Shown in pieces: positions 37,322-47,048 of a stretch of DNA of 64,000 nt. The stretch lies in contig JAMOQH010000141.1 of assembly GCA_027064085.1 (NCBI GenBank), positions 2,259 to 66,258 on the forward strand, given 5' to 3'. Made by a program: the position numbers and the translations under genes. This DNA comes from a bacterium. GTDB taxonomy: Bacteria > UBP6 > JAFGXH01. The notes beneath the pieces were generated by a model, which was not told the origin of the DNA, ran no database searches, and saw only the letters and a program-made list of their open reading frames with translations. Position 1 is the first letter of the stretch; each line of letters starts with the position of its first letter.

Positions 37322-38341
37322 ATGACTGTTAATATTGATTGGGATAATTTAAGTTTTAGTCTTACTCCAACTGCCTATATGTATGTTGAAAATACTTATG
37401 AAGGCTGTTGGGTTAATGAAGGAGCCTTTAGACCATTTGGAGAAATTGCAATATCACCTGCCGCAGCTGTACTAAACTATGGTCAAGGCTTATTTGAAGG
37501 CTTAAAAGCATATAAAAACCACGATGGTAAAGTTGCTTTATTTAGACATAGAGAAAATATTAAAAGAATGAATGAAGGTGCTATGAGATTATCTATGCCC
37601 ACTTATGACGAAGATAAATTTATGGAAGTAATAGAAGAGCTAGTAAGAAAAAACCATGAGTATATCCCGCCTTTTGGAAAAGGAGAGCTTTATATTAGAC
37701 CAACTTTATGGGGAACTACTCCATTATTAGGGGTTGCTCCTGCTAAAGATTATGGTTTTATGGTTTTTGCTTCTCCAGTAGGACCTTATTTCAAAACAGG
37801 ATTTAAACCAATTAAACTTAGAATTACTAAATCTTACCATAGAGCAGCCCCTAAGGGGACAGGTAACATTAAATATATTGGTAATTACGCTAGTGGAATG
37901 CTTCCTGCTAAAAAAGCAAAAGCTGAAGGTTTAAATGAAGTTATTTATTTAGATGCAGTTCATGATAAATATATAGAAGAAGTTGGGGCAGCTAACTTTT
38001 TTATGGTTAAAGGCAACACTCTATATACTCCAGAAAGAGGAAGTATATTAAAAGGAATAACTAGAGATTCAGTAATGACTATAGCAAAAGATATTCTAAA
38101 AATGGAAGTTATTGAGAAAAAAGTTTCTTATGAAGAAGTTTTAGATGCAGATGAATGTTTTGCATCAGGAACAGCAGCGGTTATTGCATCTATTGGTCAT
38201 ATTCAATATGGAGATAGAGTTAAAATATATAATAACATGAATGTTGGACCAGTAGCACAAAAACTTTATACTATATTAAGAGAATTTCAACACATGCAAA
38301 GAGAAGATATATATGGTTGGAGTAAAGAAATCATTATTTAA
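37322..38341 (+). CDS. ilvE: Branched-chain amino acid aminotransferase (class IV)
   Basis: YGQGLFEGLKAY, LYIRP, GTGNIKYIGNYASGMLPAKKAKAEG, EEVGAANFF, GITRDSV. Confidence 0.9.
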   Translation: MTVNIDWDNLSFSLTPTAYMYVENTYEGCWVNEGAFRPFGEIAISPAAAVLNYGQGLFEGLKAYKNHDGKVALFRHRENIKRMNEGAMRLSMPTYDEDKFMEVIEELVRKNHEYIPPFGKGELYIRPTLWGTTPLLGVAPAKDYGFMVFASPVGPYFKTGFKPIKLRITKSYHRAAPKGTGNIKYIGNYASGMLPAKKAKAEGLNEVIYLDAVHDKYIEEVGAANFFMVKGNTLYTPERGSILKGITRDSVMTIAKDILKMEVIEKKVSYEEVLDADECFASGTAAVIASIGHIQYGDRVKIYNNMNVGPVAQKLYTILREFQHMQREDIYGWSKEIII

Positions 38342-39446
38342 CTTTTGAAAGTCCATCTAAATCCATAGCAAATGCTATTTCTAATAGTTTTGACGAATCT
38401 TTAAATTCATTTTTAAAATATGTAGCAACTTTAACAGCTAAATAAGGAAGTCTAACAATCGCAATATTATCCTTTAATACTGTTATAGAAAATTTTCCTA
38501 TTTTATCATGTACTAAATTTTTATTATTAAAATAACTTAATAAACCTAAAGCATCTGCTTTTCCAATATGAATTGATAATAATAATTTTTTATTTTTCTT
38601 AACAGAAATAGAAAAAGTGTTGTTTATAAAATAAATTCTGCTTAAATCCAATCCATTTAAAACTCCTTTATCGTTTATAATAAAAGGCTTAATTGTAGAA
38701 ATAGCTTCAACTTCCTTTTCTTTAAATTTTTTACTAATTCTCATAATTTTAGAGTTAAGCTCTTTAATTTTTAAAAAATATTCTTTTAACTCAGGATATT
38801 TAGTATTTTCATCAAAAATAGATTCAATCGCCTTAATATCAAATTCTTTTAATACTTCTTCTATCATTTTATCATTTTGAACTGATTTTTTATTTGCAGT
38901 AATTTTAATCTCAATATTATTTTTCAATATAACCCAAACCCATTTATTTTTTAAATGCTTTACAGGATAACCGCCAAATCTTTTATTATAAGCTTTTTTA
39001 CCTAGCTCATTTAAGTGATCTTTATAGCTAACAATAATCCAAAACAGTTTGTGCCTTTCAATCATCTTTTTTGTTGGATAAATTGCTGTCCAAACAGAAT
39101 TTGAAAAGTAAGTTACTTTTGTATATTTATATTTTCCCTCTTTTTTTATGGTTAAAGGATTTTTGATATTCTTGAAATTTTTTGAAAATTCATATATTTT
39201 TTTTTGATATTCTTTTTTTTCTTGCAGTAACTTATCTCCATATTTAAAAATATCTGATAATTTTTCAACTTGTTTTTGACTTACTACCGATTTTTTTATT
39301 TTTAAAGAATTAAGCATTTTTTTATCTATTCTTTTTTGAATTTTTGTAGTTTGAGACTTTATACTTTCTTTATCTCTTTTTTTATTACAAGCACTAAAAA
39401 CAATAATAATGATAACAAAAAGAGTCAATATTTTTTTTATTTTCAT
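38334..39446 (-). CDS. Lipoprotein of unknown function
   Basis: I prefer the internal start MKIKKILTLFVIIIIVFSAC (lipobox) behind GGAG; the track ORF extends to 39488. Its 3' end overlaps the ilvE 3' end by 8 nt. Confidence 0.5.
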   Translation of the reverse strand: MKIKKILTLFVIIIIVFSACNKKRDKESIKSQTTKIQKRIDKKMLNSLKIKKSVVSQKQVEKLSDIFKYGDKLLQEKKEYQKKIYEFSKNFKNIKNPLTIKKEGKYKYTKVTYFSNSVWTAIYPTKKMIERHKLFWIIVSYKDHLNELGKKAYNKRFGGYPVKHLKNKWVWVILKNNIEIKITANKKSVQNDKMIEEVLKEFDIKAIESIFDENTKYPELKEYFLKIKELNSKIMRISKKFKEKEVEAISTIKPFIINDKGVLNGLDLSRIYFINNTFSISVKKNKKLLLSIHIGKADALGLLSYFNNKNLVHDKIGKFSITVLKDNIAIVRLPYLAVKVATYFKNEFKDSSKLLEIAFAMDLDGLSKVK

Positions 39447-39616
39447 AAAATCTCCAACTAAAGAACAAATAATAAATCTTTCTAGCATAAAAAAAATAAA
39501 TTTACAATATTTAGTTTTTTAAAAGAATATCAACAAAATAAAAATATTTAAAAACAGTAACTTGACATTTTTGAATAAAATAATCTATACTTTCGATGTG
39601 TATATTTAGGGTTTCA

Positions 39617-40471
39617 ATGAAAATATATTTATTATTAATGATTTTATTTTTTACTTATTCTTGCAGTAGCTATATTAAAGTTGAAAAACACAATAAAGAT
39701 ATTAATAGTTTGCAAGAAGAAATTTCTACTTTAAAAAAGAAAGAATATAAAATGAAATTAAAAATTGATTCAATAAATAATCAATTAATTATCTTAGAAA
39801 ATCAATTAATAAAGGTAAAAAAGAAACTTATTACGGCTAGTTATAATAATAAATCTAATGATAACAATATAACTAAAAATAAAATAATAAAAAAGAAGTT
39901 AACACAAGATGAAATTCTTAAAATCACCGAACTGAGTAAAAAAGAGGATGAAGATGAAGAACCAATTGTTTTAACTAATTCAATGCTTGGTTCAACATAT
40001 AAAAAAAGAAATCATAAAATAGCAAAAACAAAAATAAAGTACAACAAAAAAAATAAAAATCATTTTCTAAAAACAATGAAAAAAGAATATGCAGATGCAT
40101 TATTATTACACAGAAACAATAAATTTGATGAAAGCATAAGCTCATTTAACAAGTTAATTAAAAAATATTCTAGTATAAAGAGTTCCCTAACTGATAATTT
40201 TTACTATTGGCTAGGAGAAAACTATTTAAGTTTAAAAGATGTTCCCCTTGCAAGGAAAAATTTTGAAATAGTAATAAATAAATACTCTAAAGCAAATAAA
40301 GTTCCTGATTCTATGTTTAAATTAGGTTTTATTTTAGAACAAGAAGATCGTCAAGATATGGCAATAAAAAATTATTATAATATTTTAATAAAGAAATATC
40401 CAAATACTGAAGCAGGTAAATTAGCTAAAAAAAGACTTTTACAGCTAAAACCACAAGGAGGAAATAAATGA
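39617..40471 (+). CDS. Coiled-coil plus TPR lipoprotein resembling YbgF/CpoB of the Tol-Pal system
   Basis: MKIYLLLMILFFTYSC signal/lipobox, then an N-terminal coiled coil. The C-terminal FYYWLGENYLSLKDVPLARKNFEIVINKYSKANKVPDSMFKLGFI...YNILIKKYPNTEAGKLAKKRL matches the YbgF TPR pattern. The track ORF starts at 39596. Confidence 0.55.
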   Translation: MKIYLLLMILFFTYSCSSYIKVEKHNKDINSLQEEISTLKKKEYKMKLKIDSINNQLIILENQLIKVKKKLITASYNNKSNDNNITKNKIIKKKLTQDEILKITELSKKEDEDEEPIVLTNSMLGSTYKKRNHKIAKTKIKYNKKNKNHFLKTMKKEYADALLLHRNNKFDESISSFNKLIKKYSSIKSSLTDNFYYWLGENYLSLKDVPLARKNFEIVINKYSKANKVPDSMFKLGFILEQEDRQDMAIKNYYNILIKKYPNTEAGKLAKKRLLQLKPQGGNK

Positions 40472-41565
40472 AAAAATCTTTAATTCTGTTAATATCTTTT
40501 CTAGCAGTGTTTTCACTACATGCTCAATATGGAGTTGAATCTAAGAGTTTAGATGTTGATGAAAGTAAAATAGTTATAGTTAAAGAGGGCGATACCCTTT
40601 GGGATTTATGTGAACAATACTTAGGAGATCCTTTTTTATGGCCTAAAATATGGGCATTAAATCCACAAATTGAGAATCCACATTTAATAGAACCTGGAGA
40701 TAAGGTAAAGTTTAATTTAAAAACAGGTGAAATGAAGATTATCCCTAAAAATAAAATTAATACTACAAACATAAACAATGATTTTGATAATAGTGATTTT
40801 AGTACTAATAACTCATCTTCTATTACTATAGCTCAAAAGAAAAATTTTATGTTTAGCAATAGAAAAACCAATACTGAAGTAACCCATATTACAGTAAGAA
40901 ACGAAGCTCTTTTATCTGATAAAAAACTTAAAAGTTCAGGTAAAATATCTTCATCCAAAGAAGAAAAGGTTTTATTAAGTAAAAATGATGAAGTCTACCT
41001 TAGATTTAAAAATTTAGATAAAATTAAAATTGGAGATAAATACAATATATATAAAATAAGGAAAAGACTAAAGCACCCCCTTAGGGATAAGGAATATGGC
41101 TATTTAATTGATATTTTGGGAGAAGTAACCATTAGTGGAAAAACTACATCTAAAGCAATAGCTATAATTACAAATGCTTACCAAGAAATACAAAGGGGTA
41201 ATCATGTTGTTCCAAAAATTGATTTAGCTCTTAGCGTTGATAAAACTCCTACTCCAAGAAGAATAGATGGTCATATAATAGACTTTGTTAAAAATGCTGA
41301 GAATATTGCTAATAAAGAATTAGCTTTTATAGATAAAGGAGCTAATGATGGAGTAAAAAAAGGAATGATTTTTAGAGTTATTAGAGACAAAGACCCTATA
41401 ACAAATGAGTATATTCCAACTTTTCAAATAGGTAAATTAATAATAATGTCAACAAATAAAAATACATCTACTGCTTTTATTATGATCGCAACTCAAAACA
41501 TTAAAAAAGGTGATAGAATTACAACTCAAAAACCAAGAAAAAACAAAAAATTTAAGTTGCAATAG
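40468..41565 (+). CDS. Secreted LysM-domain protein
   Basis: Signal peptide. LysM core VKEGDTLWDLCEQYLGDPFLWPKIWALNPQIENPHLIEPGDKVKF. ATGA overlap with the upstream gene. Confidence 0.7.
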   Translation: MKKSLILLISFLAVFSLHAQYGVESKSLDVDESKIVIVKEGDTLWDLCEQYLGDPFLWPKIWALNPQIENPHLIEPGDKVKFNLKTGEMKIIPKNKINTTNINNDFDNSDFSTNNSSSITIAQKKNFMFSNRKTNTEVTHITVRNEALLSDKKLKSSGKISSSKEEKVLLSKNDEVYLRFKNLDKIKIGDKYNIYKIRKRLKHPLRDKEYGYLIDILGEVTISGKTTSKAIAIITNAYQEIQRGNHVVPKIDLALSVDKTPTPRRIDGHIIDFVKNAENIANKELAFIDKGANDGVKKGMIFRVIRDKDPITNEYIPTFQIGKLIIMSTNKNTSTAFIMIATQNIKKGDRITTQKPRKNKKFKLQ

Positions 41566-41662
41566 ATAAAACATCGAAATTAAAACTAAATCTTGAAAAA
41601 AAAACAAGTCTTTGGTATTATAGCATTGTTGTTTGTTATTACTATATATTTAAGGAGATTAA

Positions 41663-42226
41663 ATGATTTCAACAAGTGAATTCAAAAAAGGTGTAAAAAT
41701 GGAATTATCTACAACACCCTTTGTTATAATTGATTTTCAACATGTAAAACCAGGTAAAGGCCCTGCATTTGTTAGAACAAAGTTAAAAAACTTAATAACA
41801 GGAAAAGTTATTGATAGAACTTTTCGTTCAGGTGAAAAAGTACAGGAAGCTGATGTTGAACAAAGATCTATGCAGTATTTATATAAAGATGGAAGTGATT
41901 TTATTTTAATGGATAATGAAACTTTTGATCAAATTGCAATACCTGAAGAAACAGTAGGAGATGATGCTAAGTGGATGTTAGAGGAAGCAATTATTGATGT
42001 ATTGATTTACAAGGGTAATCCAGTAACAATAGAACTTCCTGCATTTTTAGAGTTAGTAATAACAGAAACAGATCCCGGTGTAAAAGGTGATACGGCCCAA
42101 GGGGGTAGTAAACCAGCAACATTAGAAACAGGAGCTGTTGTAAATGTTCCTCTTTTTGTTGGAGAGGGAGAAACTATCAGAGTTGATACCAGAACTGGTG
42201 ACTATATGGAAAGAGTAAAAAAATAA
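41663..42226 (+). CDS. efp: Elongation factor P
   Basis: MISTSEFKKGVKMEL...FQHVKPGKGPAFVRTKLKNLITGK...TGDYMERVKK. 187 aa. Confidence 0.95.
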   Translation: MISTSEFKKGVKMELSTTPFVIIDFQHVKPGKGPAFVRTKLKNLITGKVIDRTFRSGEKVQEADVEQRSMQYLYKDGSDFILMDNETFDQIAIPEETVGDDAKWMLEEAIIDVLIYKGNPVTIELPAFLELVITETDPGVKGDTAQGGSKPATLETGAVVNVPLFVGEGETIRVDTRTGDYMERVKK

Positions 42227-42239
42227 ATAAGGAGTTATT

Positions 42240-42431
42240 ATGGGCGGACGAGTTGCTAAAACAAAATCAACTGCAACTAAAAAAGGAGCATTTGCTCTTG
42301 TTGCAGGAATAGGAACAGGTATACTTTATTGGAAAACAGGTTGGCCTCTTGGAGTAGTAGGAACAGTTGGCACACTGTATCTAACTGCCCAATGGTTTAT
42401 ATTTAGAGCCAAAAATGGCATGAGGTTTTAG
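42240..42431 (+). CDS. Small two-TM membrane protein
   Basis: 63 aa. Two hydrophobic Gly-rich segments. GGAG-type RBS. The stop overlaps the next GTG start. Confidence 0.4.
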   Translation: MGGRVAKTKSTATKKGAFALVAGIGTGILYWKTGWPLGVVGTVGTLYLTAQWFIFRAKNGMRF

Positions 42432-43333
42432 TGAAATATTTATTATTATTATTATTATTATTATTACCAATATATGTGTATTCCATAGATTCATCAGACT
42501 TGGATTTATGGAAAAATAAAAGGCAATTTACTCCCACTAAATCATTAGCAATGGCTGGTGCTCAAAATATTGGAGCAAATAAAACAGATGCAGCATATTT
42601 AAACCCTGCAACCTTAATAACAAAAGATAAAAAATACATGATGTCTCTTGATACTCAATATTCTAATTCGGAAATTCCTACACAATTTATGATTTCTGCT
42701 GTTGATAGTAGAACATCGGTAGTTGCTGGAGGAGCTTATGTTAGTTACTACGACTACAATAAAAAAGAAAACTCCAAAACAGTAAATTATAATGCCTTAC
42801 AAGTTGGATTATCATATGCTTATCCGATAGCCGGGGGACTTGTTTTAGGTATTGCCGGTAGATATTACAAATATAAGAAAGATGATAAGAATTATATTCA
42901 TACAGCCACATTTGATCTTGGAATGACATATAGATTTTCTCCTTATGTAAAAATAGGTGTTGTTGGCTATAATTTAACAAATTTGGATTATATTGAAACA
43001 CCAATGTCTGTTGTTAGTGGATTTTCCATTGGTGATGATGATATATTTTTGTTGAATTTTGATTTTGTTGCTAATTTTTCAGCACCTGATATTTATGATA
43101 AATCGGGGAGTGCTGCTTATGAGTATCATACAGGAATACAAGTTACTCCTGTTGAAGGCTTTTCTGTTCTAGCTGGATATGAGGTAAATAAAGTTCTTGA
43201 TGAAAACTTCTGGTCTTTGGGAACAGAGATTTTTATTCCTGAAAGCAGAGTTGAGTTAACGGGAGCATATTTACAATCCACATCTAAAAAATCAAATAAA
43301 TACTTTAGTTTTTCATTAAGGTTGTATTTTTAA
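42431..43333 (+). CDS. Predicted outer-membrane beta-barrel protein
   Basis: Signal peptide with a (TTA)9-encoded Leu9 core. Alternating strand pattern. C-terminal ...FSLRLYF. Confidence 0.5.
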   Translation: MKYLLLLLLLLLPIYVYSIDSSDLDLWKNKRQFTPTKSLAMAGAQNIGANKTDAAYLNPATLITKDKKYMMSLDTQYSNSEIPTQFMISAVDSRTSVVAGGAYVSYYDYNKKENSKTVNYNALQVGLSYAYPIAGGLVLGIAGRYYKYKKDDKNYIHTATFDLGMTYRFSPYVKIGVVGYNLTNLDYIETPMSVVSGFSIGDDDIFLLNFDFVANFSAPDIYDKSGSAAYEYHTGIQVTPVEGFSVLAGYEVNKVLDENFWSLGTEIFIPESRVELTGAYLQSTSKKSNKYFSFSLRLYF

Positions 43334-43392
43334 ATTTAATAAGAATAAAAATTGTTATTAATTGTTATTAGTTAGAGTTTATTGGTGTACTT

Positions 43393-44283
43393 ATGAATAA
43401 TAGCTATAGCTTAATTTTTTATATAATTTTAACATTCTATTCAATTAATATTTTTTCTGAAGAAAGAATATTTTTTAATAGAAATAATTTTAAAAATTTA
43501 TGTGAAAGATTAAATGAATTTAAAAACCAAAAAAAGAATCTAGATAACTTAAATGCCTATGATAGAGCAGAAGAGAGAATAAAAATAAATAAAGAAAAAA
43601 GTAAATTTATGGACAGTTATTTTATAATACATTTAAAATCTGATGAATTTAAATTAAGTGATTATGATTTTACAGCTTTTCATTTTAAAATAGAAAATAT
43701 AAAATTAAAATCAGGCTTGGAAATAATACCGAATAAGGATATTTTATTAAATATAGAAAAAGAAAATGCTAAAATGATAGCTGCTAAAAAAAAGCTAGGA
43801 ATACTTGACTTATATTTAAAAATCAAATTAGAAAACACAGCAACTTTATACAATGATTATTGCAATATAAAAAACAAGAAAATAATTAAGCTTAAACCTA
43901 AAATATATGAATATTTTTTTATGTGTGCTCAATCTAATGATATAATAGATTATGAATTATTATACAAAAAAAAGGATAAATTCATTTCATCTCTTTTTAT
44001 TGATTTAAGAGATAAAGAAAAAATAAAAAAAATAAAAAACAATTTATCTTTAGTAGAAAAAAGAATCTATTATTGTAAAAATAAGTTTAAAGGTTATGGA
44101 ACTAAAATATACCAAATTAAAGTTGATTTAGATGGAGATAAAATTTTAGTAAATAAAGGCTCTACTTTTGCCAATAAAGACTTAGAATACTGTATTGATA
44201 GAGAAATATTAAGAGAAAAATTTCCTGAAATAAGTAAAGAATATTCTATTTATTTTTCAATAGTTATATCAAATATTAAATAG
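43393..44283 (+). CDS. Secreted hypothetical protein
   Basis: Signal-like N-terminus (LIFYIILTFYSINIFS). Lys/Asn-rich, with no recognised motif. Confidence 0.45.
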   Translation: MNNSYSLIFYIILTFYSINIFSEERIFFNRNNFKNLCERLNEFKNQKKNLDNLNAYDRAEERIKINKEKSKFMDSYFIIHLKSDEFKLSDYDFTAFHFKIENIKLKSGLEIIPNKDILLNIEKENAKMIAAKKKLGILDLYLKIKLENTATLYNDYCNIKNKKIIKLKPKIYEYFFMCAQSNDIIDYELLYKKKDKFISSLFIDLRDKEKIKKIKNNLSLVEKRIYYCKNKFKGYGTKIYQIKVDLDGDKILVNKGSTFANKDLEYCIDREILREKFPEISKEYSIYFSIVISNIK

Positions 44284-45109
44284 AAAATATTCCTTTTTTT
44301 AAGCATAAATATTTTTTATTTTTATCTTTTAATGGGCAATATACAGAATCAACATTACAAGGAGAACAAGTATATTTTATAGGATTAATTTTTGTATTCC
44401 TAGAATATATATGTTCTTGATAGTTTATTGAAGAAAACACTATTTCAGTATTCCCTTTTCTCATAAAAGAAATAAAATGATCAAATGATGAATTTAAAAC
44501 TATAACTCTTTCGTAATTATGTATTATTACCGTTAGTAATTCCTCTAATGTAAAATCATTGCTATAAATTAATTTATAATTTCTTTTACTTATTTTATGG
44601 CTTAATAAGCTCGTAATTTCTTTATTATATGGTGATATAAATACTGTTTCTTTTCTTTTTATATAAGGCTTTAACTCCAATTGATTAAACCAAATATTAG
44701 CAGAGAAATCTAAATTTAATATTTTACTAAAATCCTCAATAATTAGCTTAGGATTATCCTCATTATTTAACATAATATCAAATATTTTATTAGCTAATGG
44801 CATAAATAACCCAAATCTTACTCTAGCCTTTAACACTCTATATTTCCAAACAATTTTATAGTCTTTTTGTAAAGAAATATAGAAATCATAATAAATACTA
44901 GAGTCTAATTTTCCTATCTTAAAAGGAACTAGTTTCCTTAAAAATCTATATTTTTTTTCTAAAATAAAGTCAATTTTAAGATTTTTATGTTTATTCTTAA
45001 GAATAAAAGCTAAAATAATTGCATAAAATACAGACCTATCATTATTTTCAGGATGAATTATTATTCTATCAGGCTTAAATTTTCTGAGTAGTTGTTTATT
45101 CATAATCAA
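44276..45109 (-). CDS. Hypothetical protein (faint resemblance to GT9 heptosyltransferase-like fold)
   Basis: ATGA-coupled to the upstream nuclease gene. C-terminal CSPC...C......C cluster as seen near GT9 C-termini. Resemblance is weak. Confidence 0.4.
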   Translation of the reverse strand: MIMNKQLLRKFKPDRIIIHPENNDRSVFYAIILAFILKNKHKNLKIDFILEKKYRFLRKLVPFKIGKLDSSIYYDFYISLQKDYKIVWKYRVLKARVRFGLFMPLANKIFDIMLNNEDNPKLIIEDFSKILNLDFSANIWFNQLELKPYIKRKETVFISPYNKEITSLLSHKISKRNYKLIYSNDFTLEELLTVIIHNYERVIVLNSSFDHFISFMRKGNTEIVFSSINYQEHIYSRNTKINPIKYTCSPCNVDSVYCPLKDKNKKYLCLKKGIFSI

Positions 45110-46356
45110 AAATCTGAAATTCTATCAACTAAATCGGGCCTATCTATAAAAGGATTTCTATTATGTTGATAATCATTAAAAATCTTATTATTTCTGTTTA
45201 TTTCAGCTTGACTAACAGGGTCTTCTCTATGCCATCTTCTTAATACAATTTCTTCATAAGGAGGAATATGATTATATGGAGCAGGACCAGTCATATAAGC
45301 TTGAGATTGATTAATATCTCCATTTTCTTTATAATATCTAACTGCAAAATAAAATAATGATCTCGCTATATCCCCTTTAAAGCTGTCTATAGGTTCGAAT
45401 ACTGAATGTGCGTTGCAATTAGTTGAAGGTTTACCTTTTTTGGCTTCAGTTTGTATACCATCATTATGAAGATAACCATCCCAATCACAAAAATAGCAAC
45501 AATTATTGATTTCTGCACAATTATTATCATAATTACAAGTATCATAACAAGTAGGGTTACAATCAGTTTTAACAACATCACCAAAATGAACATTTCCTCT
45601 TTTTGAGTTAACGGTTGAAGATACCAGCCTTAAATGATGTAAATCACTAACCATAGGACTAGAACCTCCAAAATATGATTGAGGCCAGATATGCTCTACA
45701 TTCAAACTTAAGTTTGATAAACCACTATATGAACATTTACCACCATCAAGTGTATGTAACTTCGACTCTACTCTTCCATAACTAATAACGGTATGTCCTT
45801 TTATTTTTTGATATAAGGCATCAATTAATTCATCATTTTTTAAATCATCAGTAATAGTATCATAGTAATTACCGTAAGATGCAGTTACACAGTTTCCTGC
45901 TGAATCAGTAGTATAACCTTTATCACAGTAACAAATATAGTTTTCATTAGTTATTCTTCCACATATTGTTTTGTGAGCTTCATTACATGGGTTATTGTTA
46001 CATGGATTTGTTCCGACGCATTTACCATTTTCTAAAGAATAACCATCTTTACATACGCATAAAGCATCACCATTGTATTCTTTACATTTAAAATTTTCTT
46101 CAGGACAAGAATCAACTTTACAAACTCCATTTGGGTCATCTTCATCTTTTATACAAGTTTTATTCGTATCCTCTTTATAACCTGGCTCACATATACAAGT
46201 ATAGTCATTTCCTAAATCCTTACAAATAGTTTTATGCCTAACTGCAGAATTTGCACATGGATTATTTTTACAATAGTCTATGTCAGATTTAGTACCTTCT
46301 GAACTACAAGAAGTGATAATAAGGGAGAATAACAACAAAAAATATAAATATTTCAT
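45106..46356 (-). CDS. Secreted lipoprotein: three EGF-like modules fused to an Endonuclease I (EndA/Vvn-type) domain
   Basis: Lipobox (IITSC). EGF-like C..NPC......C......Y.C.C..GY units x3. Nuclease motifs EHIWPQS, DLHHLRLVSSTVNSKRGN, FEPIDSFKGDIARSLFYFAVRY, NRNPFID. Confidence 0.85.
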   Translation of the reverse strand: MKYLYFLLLFSLIITSCSSEGTKSDIDYCKNNPCANSAVRHKTICKDLGNDYTCICEPGYKEDTNKTCIKDEDDPNGVCKVDSCPEENFKCKEYNGDALCVCKDGYSLENGKCVGTNPCNNNPCNEAHKTICGRITNENYICYCDKGYTTDSAGNCVTASYGNYYDTITDDLKNDELIDALYQKIKGHTVISYGRVESKLHTLDGGKCSYSGLSNLSLNVEHIWPQSYFGGSSPMVSDLHHLRLVSSTVNSKRGNVHFGDVVKTDCNPTCYDTCNYDNNCAEINNCCYFCDWDGYLHNDGIQTEAKKGKPSTNCNAHSVFEPIDSFKGDIARSLFYFAVRYYKENGDINQSQAYMTGPAPYNHIPPYEEIVLRRWHREDPVSQAEINRNNKIFNDYQHNRNPFIDRPDLVDRISDF

Positions 46357-46581
46357 AATAAATACCTCAAAACGACTACATCATTCTACCCAAATAATAA
46401 ATTAAGTCAAGCAACGATATCTAGTCAACCACTAAACACAGTTTTATAACGATATTTAGTTGCAAAAACACACACTAGCAAAAAACAGCCTTATTTTACT
46501 TAAAAAAATAAAAAATAAAAAATGGAAATAAAAATGCTGTTATTTTGTTTAGTTACTGATTGATTATTTTGAGGAGAAATT

Positions 46582-46968
46582 ATGTTAAATGTAAACAAAT
46601 ATGTAGATATCAATACATTGGATAAAGAAGCAAAAAAAGATTACATTGATAGGCACTCTGCTTTTATTGAAGTAGAAAAAGAAGTTGCAAAAGGTGAAAT
46701 GTTAACTGTTACAGTAAGAGTTGGAGATGAATACCCTCACCCTGATGATTTTGACCATTATATTTCATATGTTCAGCTTTACAATGGTCAGACTTTACTT
46801 GCACAGGCAAATTTTGAGCCAGGAGCTGTATTTGGAAACGGTGGCAAGGGTAATTTAAGAGTTACTTTTAATATTATGGCTAATAAAAACCTAAACTTAA
46901 CAGCAATGGCTTATTGTACCAAACATGGTCTTTGGGAAAGTGATACTGTTAAAGTTGTTGTTAAATAA
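46582..46968 (+). CDS. Superoxide reductase (1Fe neelaredoxin-type)
   Basis: EYPHPDDFDHYISYVQLY and AMAYCTKHGLWES match the His4-Cys iron-site motifs. 128 aa. Confidence 0.8.
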   Translation: MLNVNKYVDINTLDKEAKKDYIDRHSAFIEVEKEVAKGEMLTVTVRVGDEYPHPDDFDHYISYVQLYNGQTLLAQANFEPGAVFGNGGKGNLRVTFNIMANKNLNLTAMAYCTKHGLWESDTVKVVVK

Positions 46969-47017
46969 AAAAATATTAATATTATTTTTCGTTAATCCGA
47001 GAAGTAAACATTCCCCC

Positions 47018-47048
47018 GAGGGAGCCATTGGTTCCCTCCTCCTTTTTT
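47018..47048 (+). terminator. Rho-independent terminator after the superoxide reductase gene
   Basis: GAGGGAGCC-att-GGTTCCCTC (9-bp stem including one G-U pair), followed by ctccTTTTTT. The T-tract overlaps the stop codon of the convergent gene. Confidence 0.5.
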
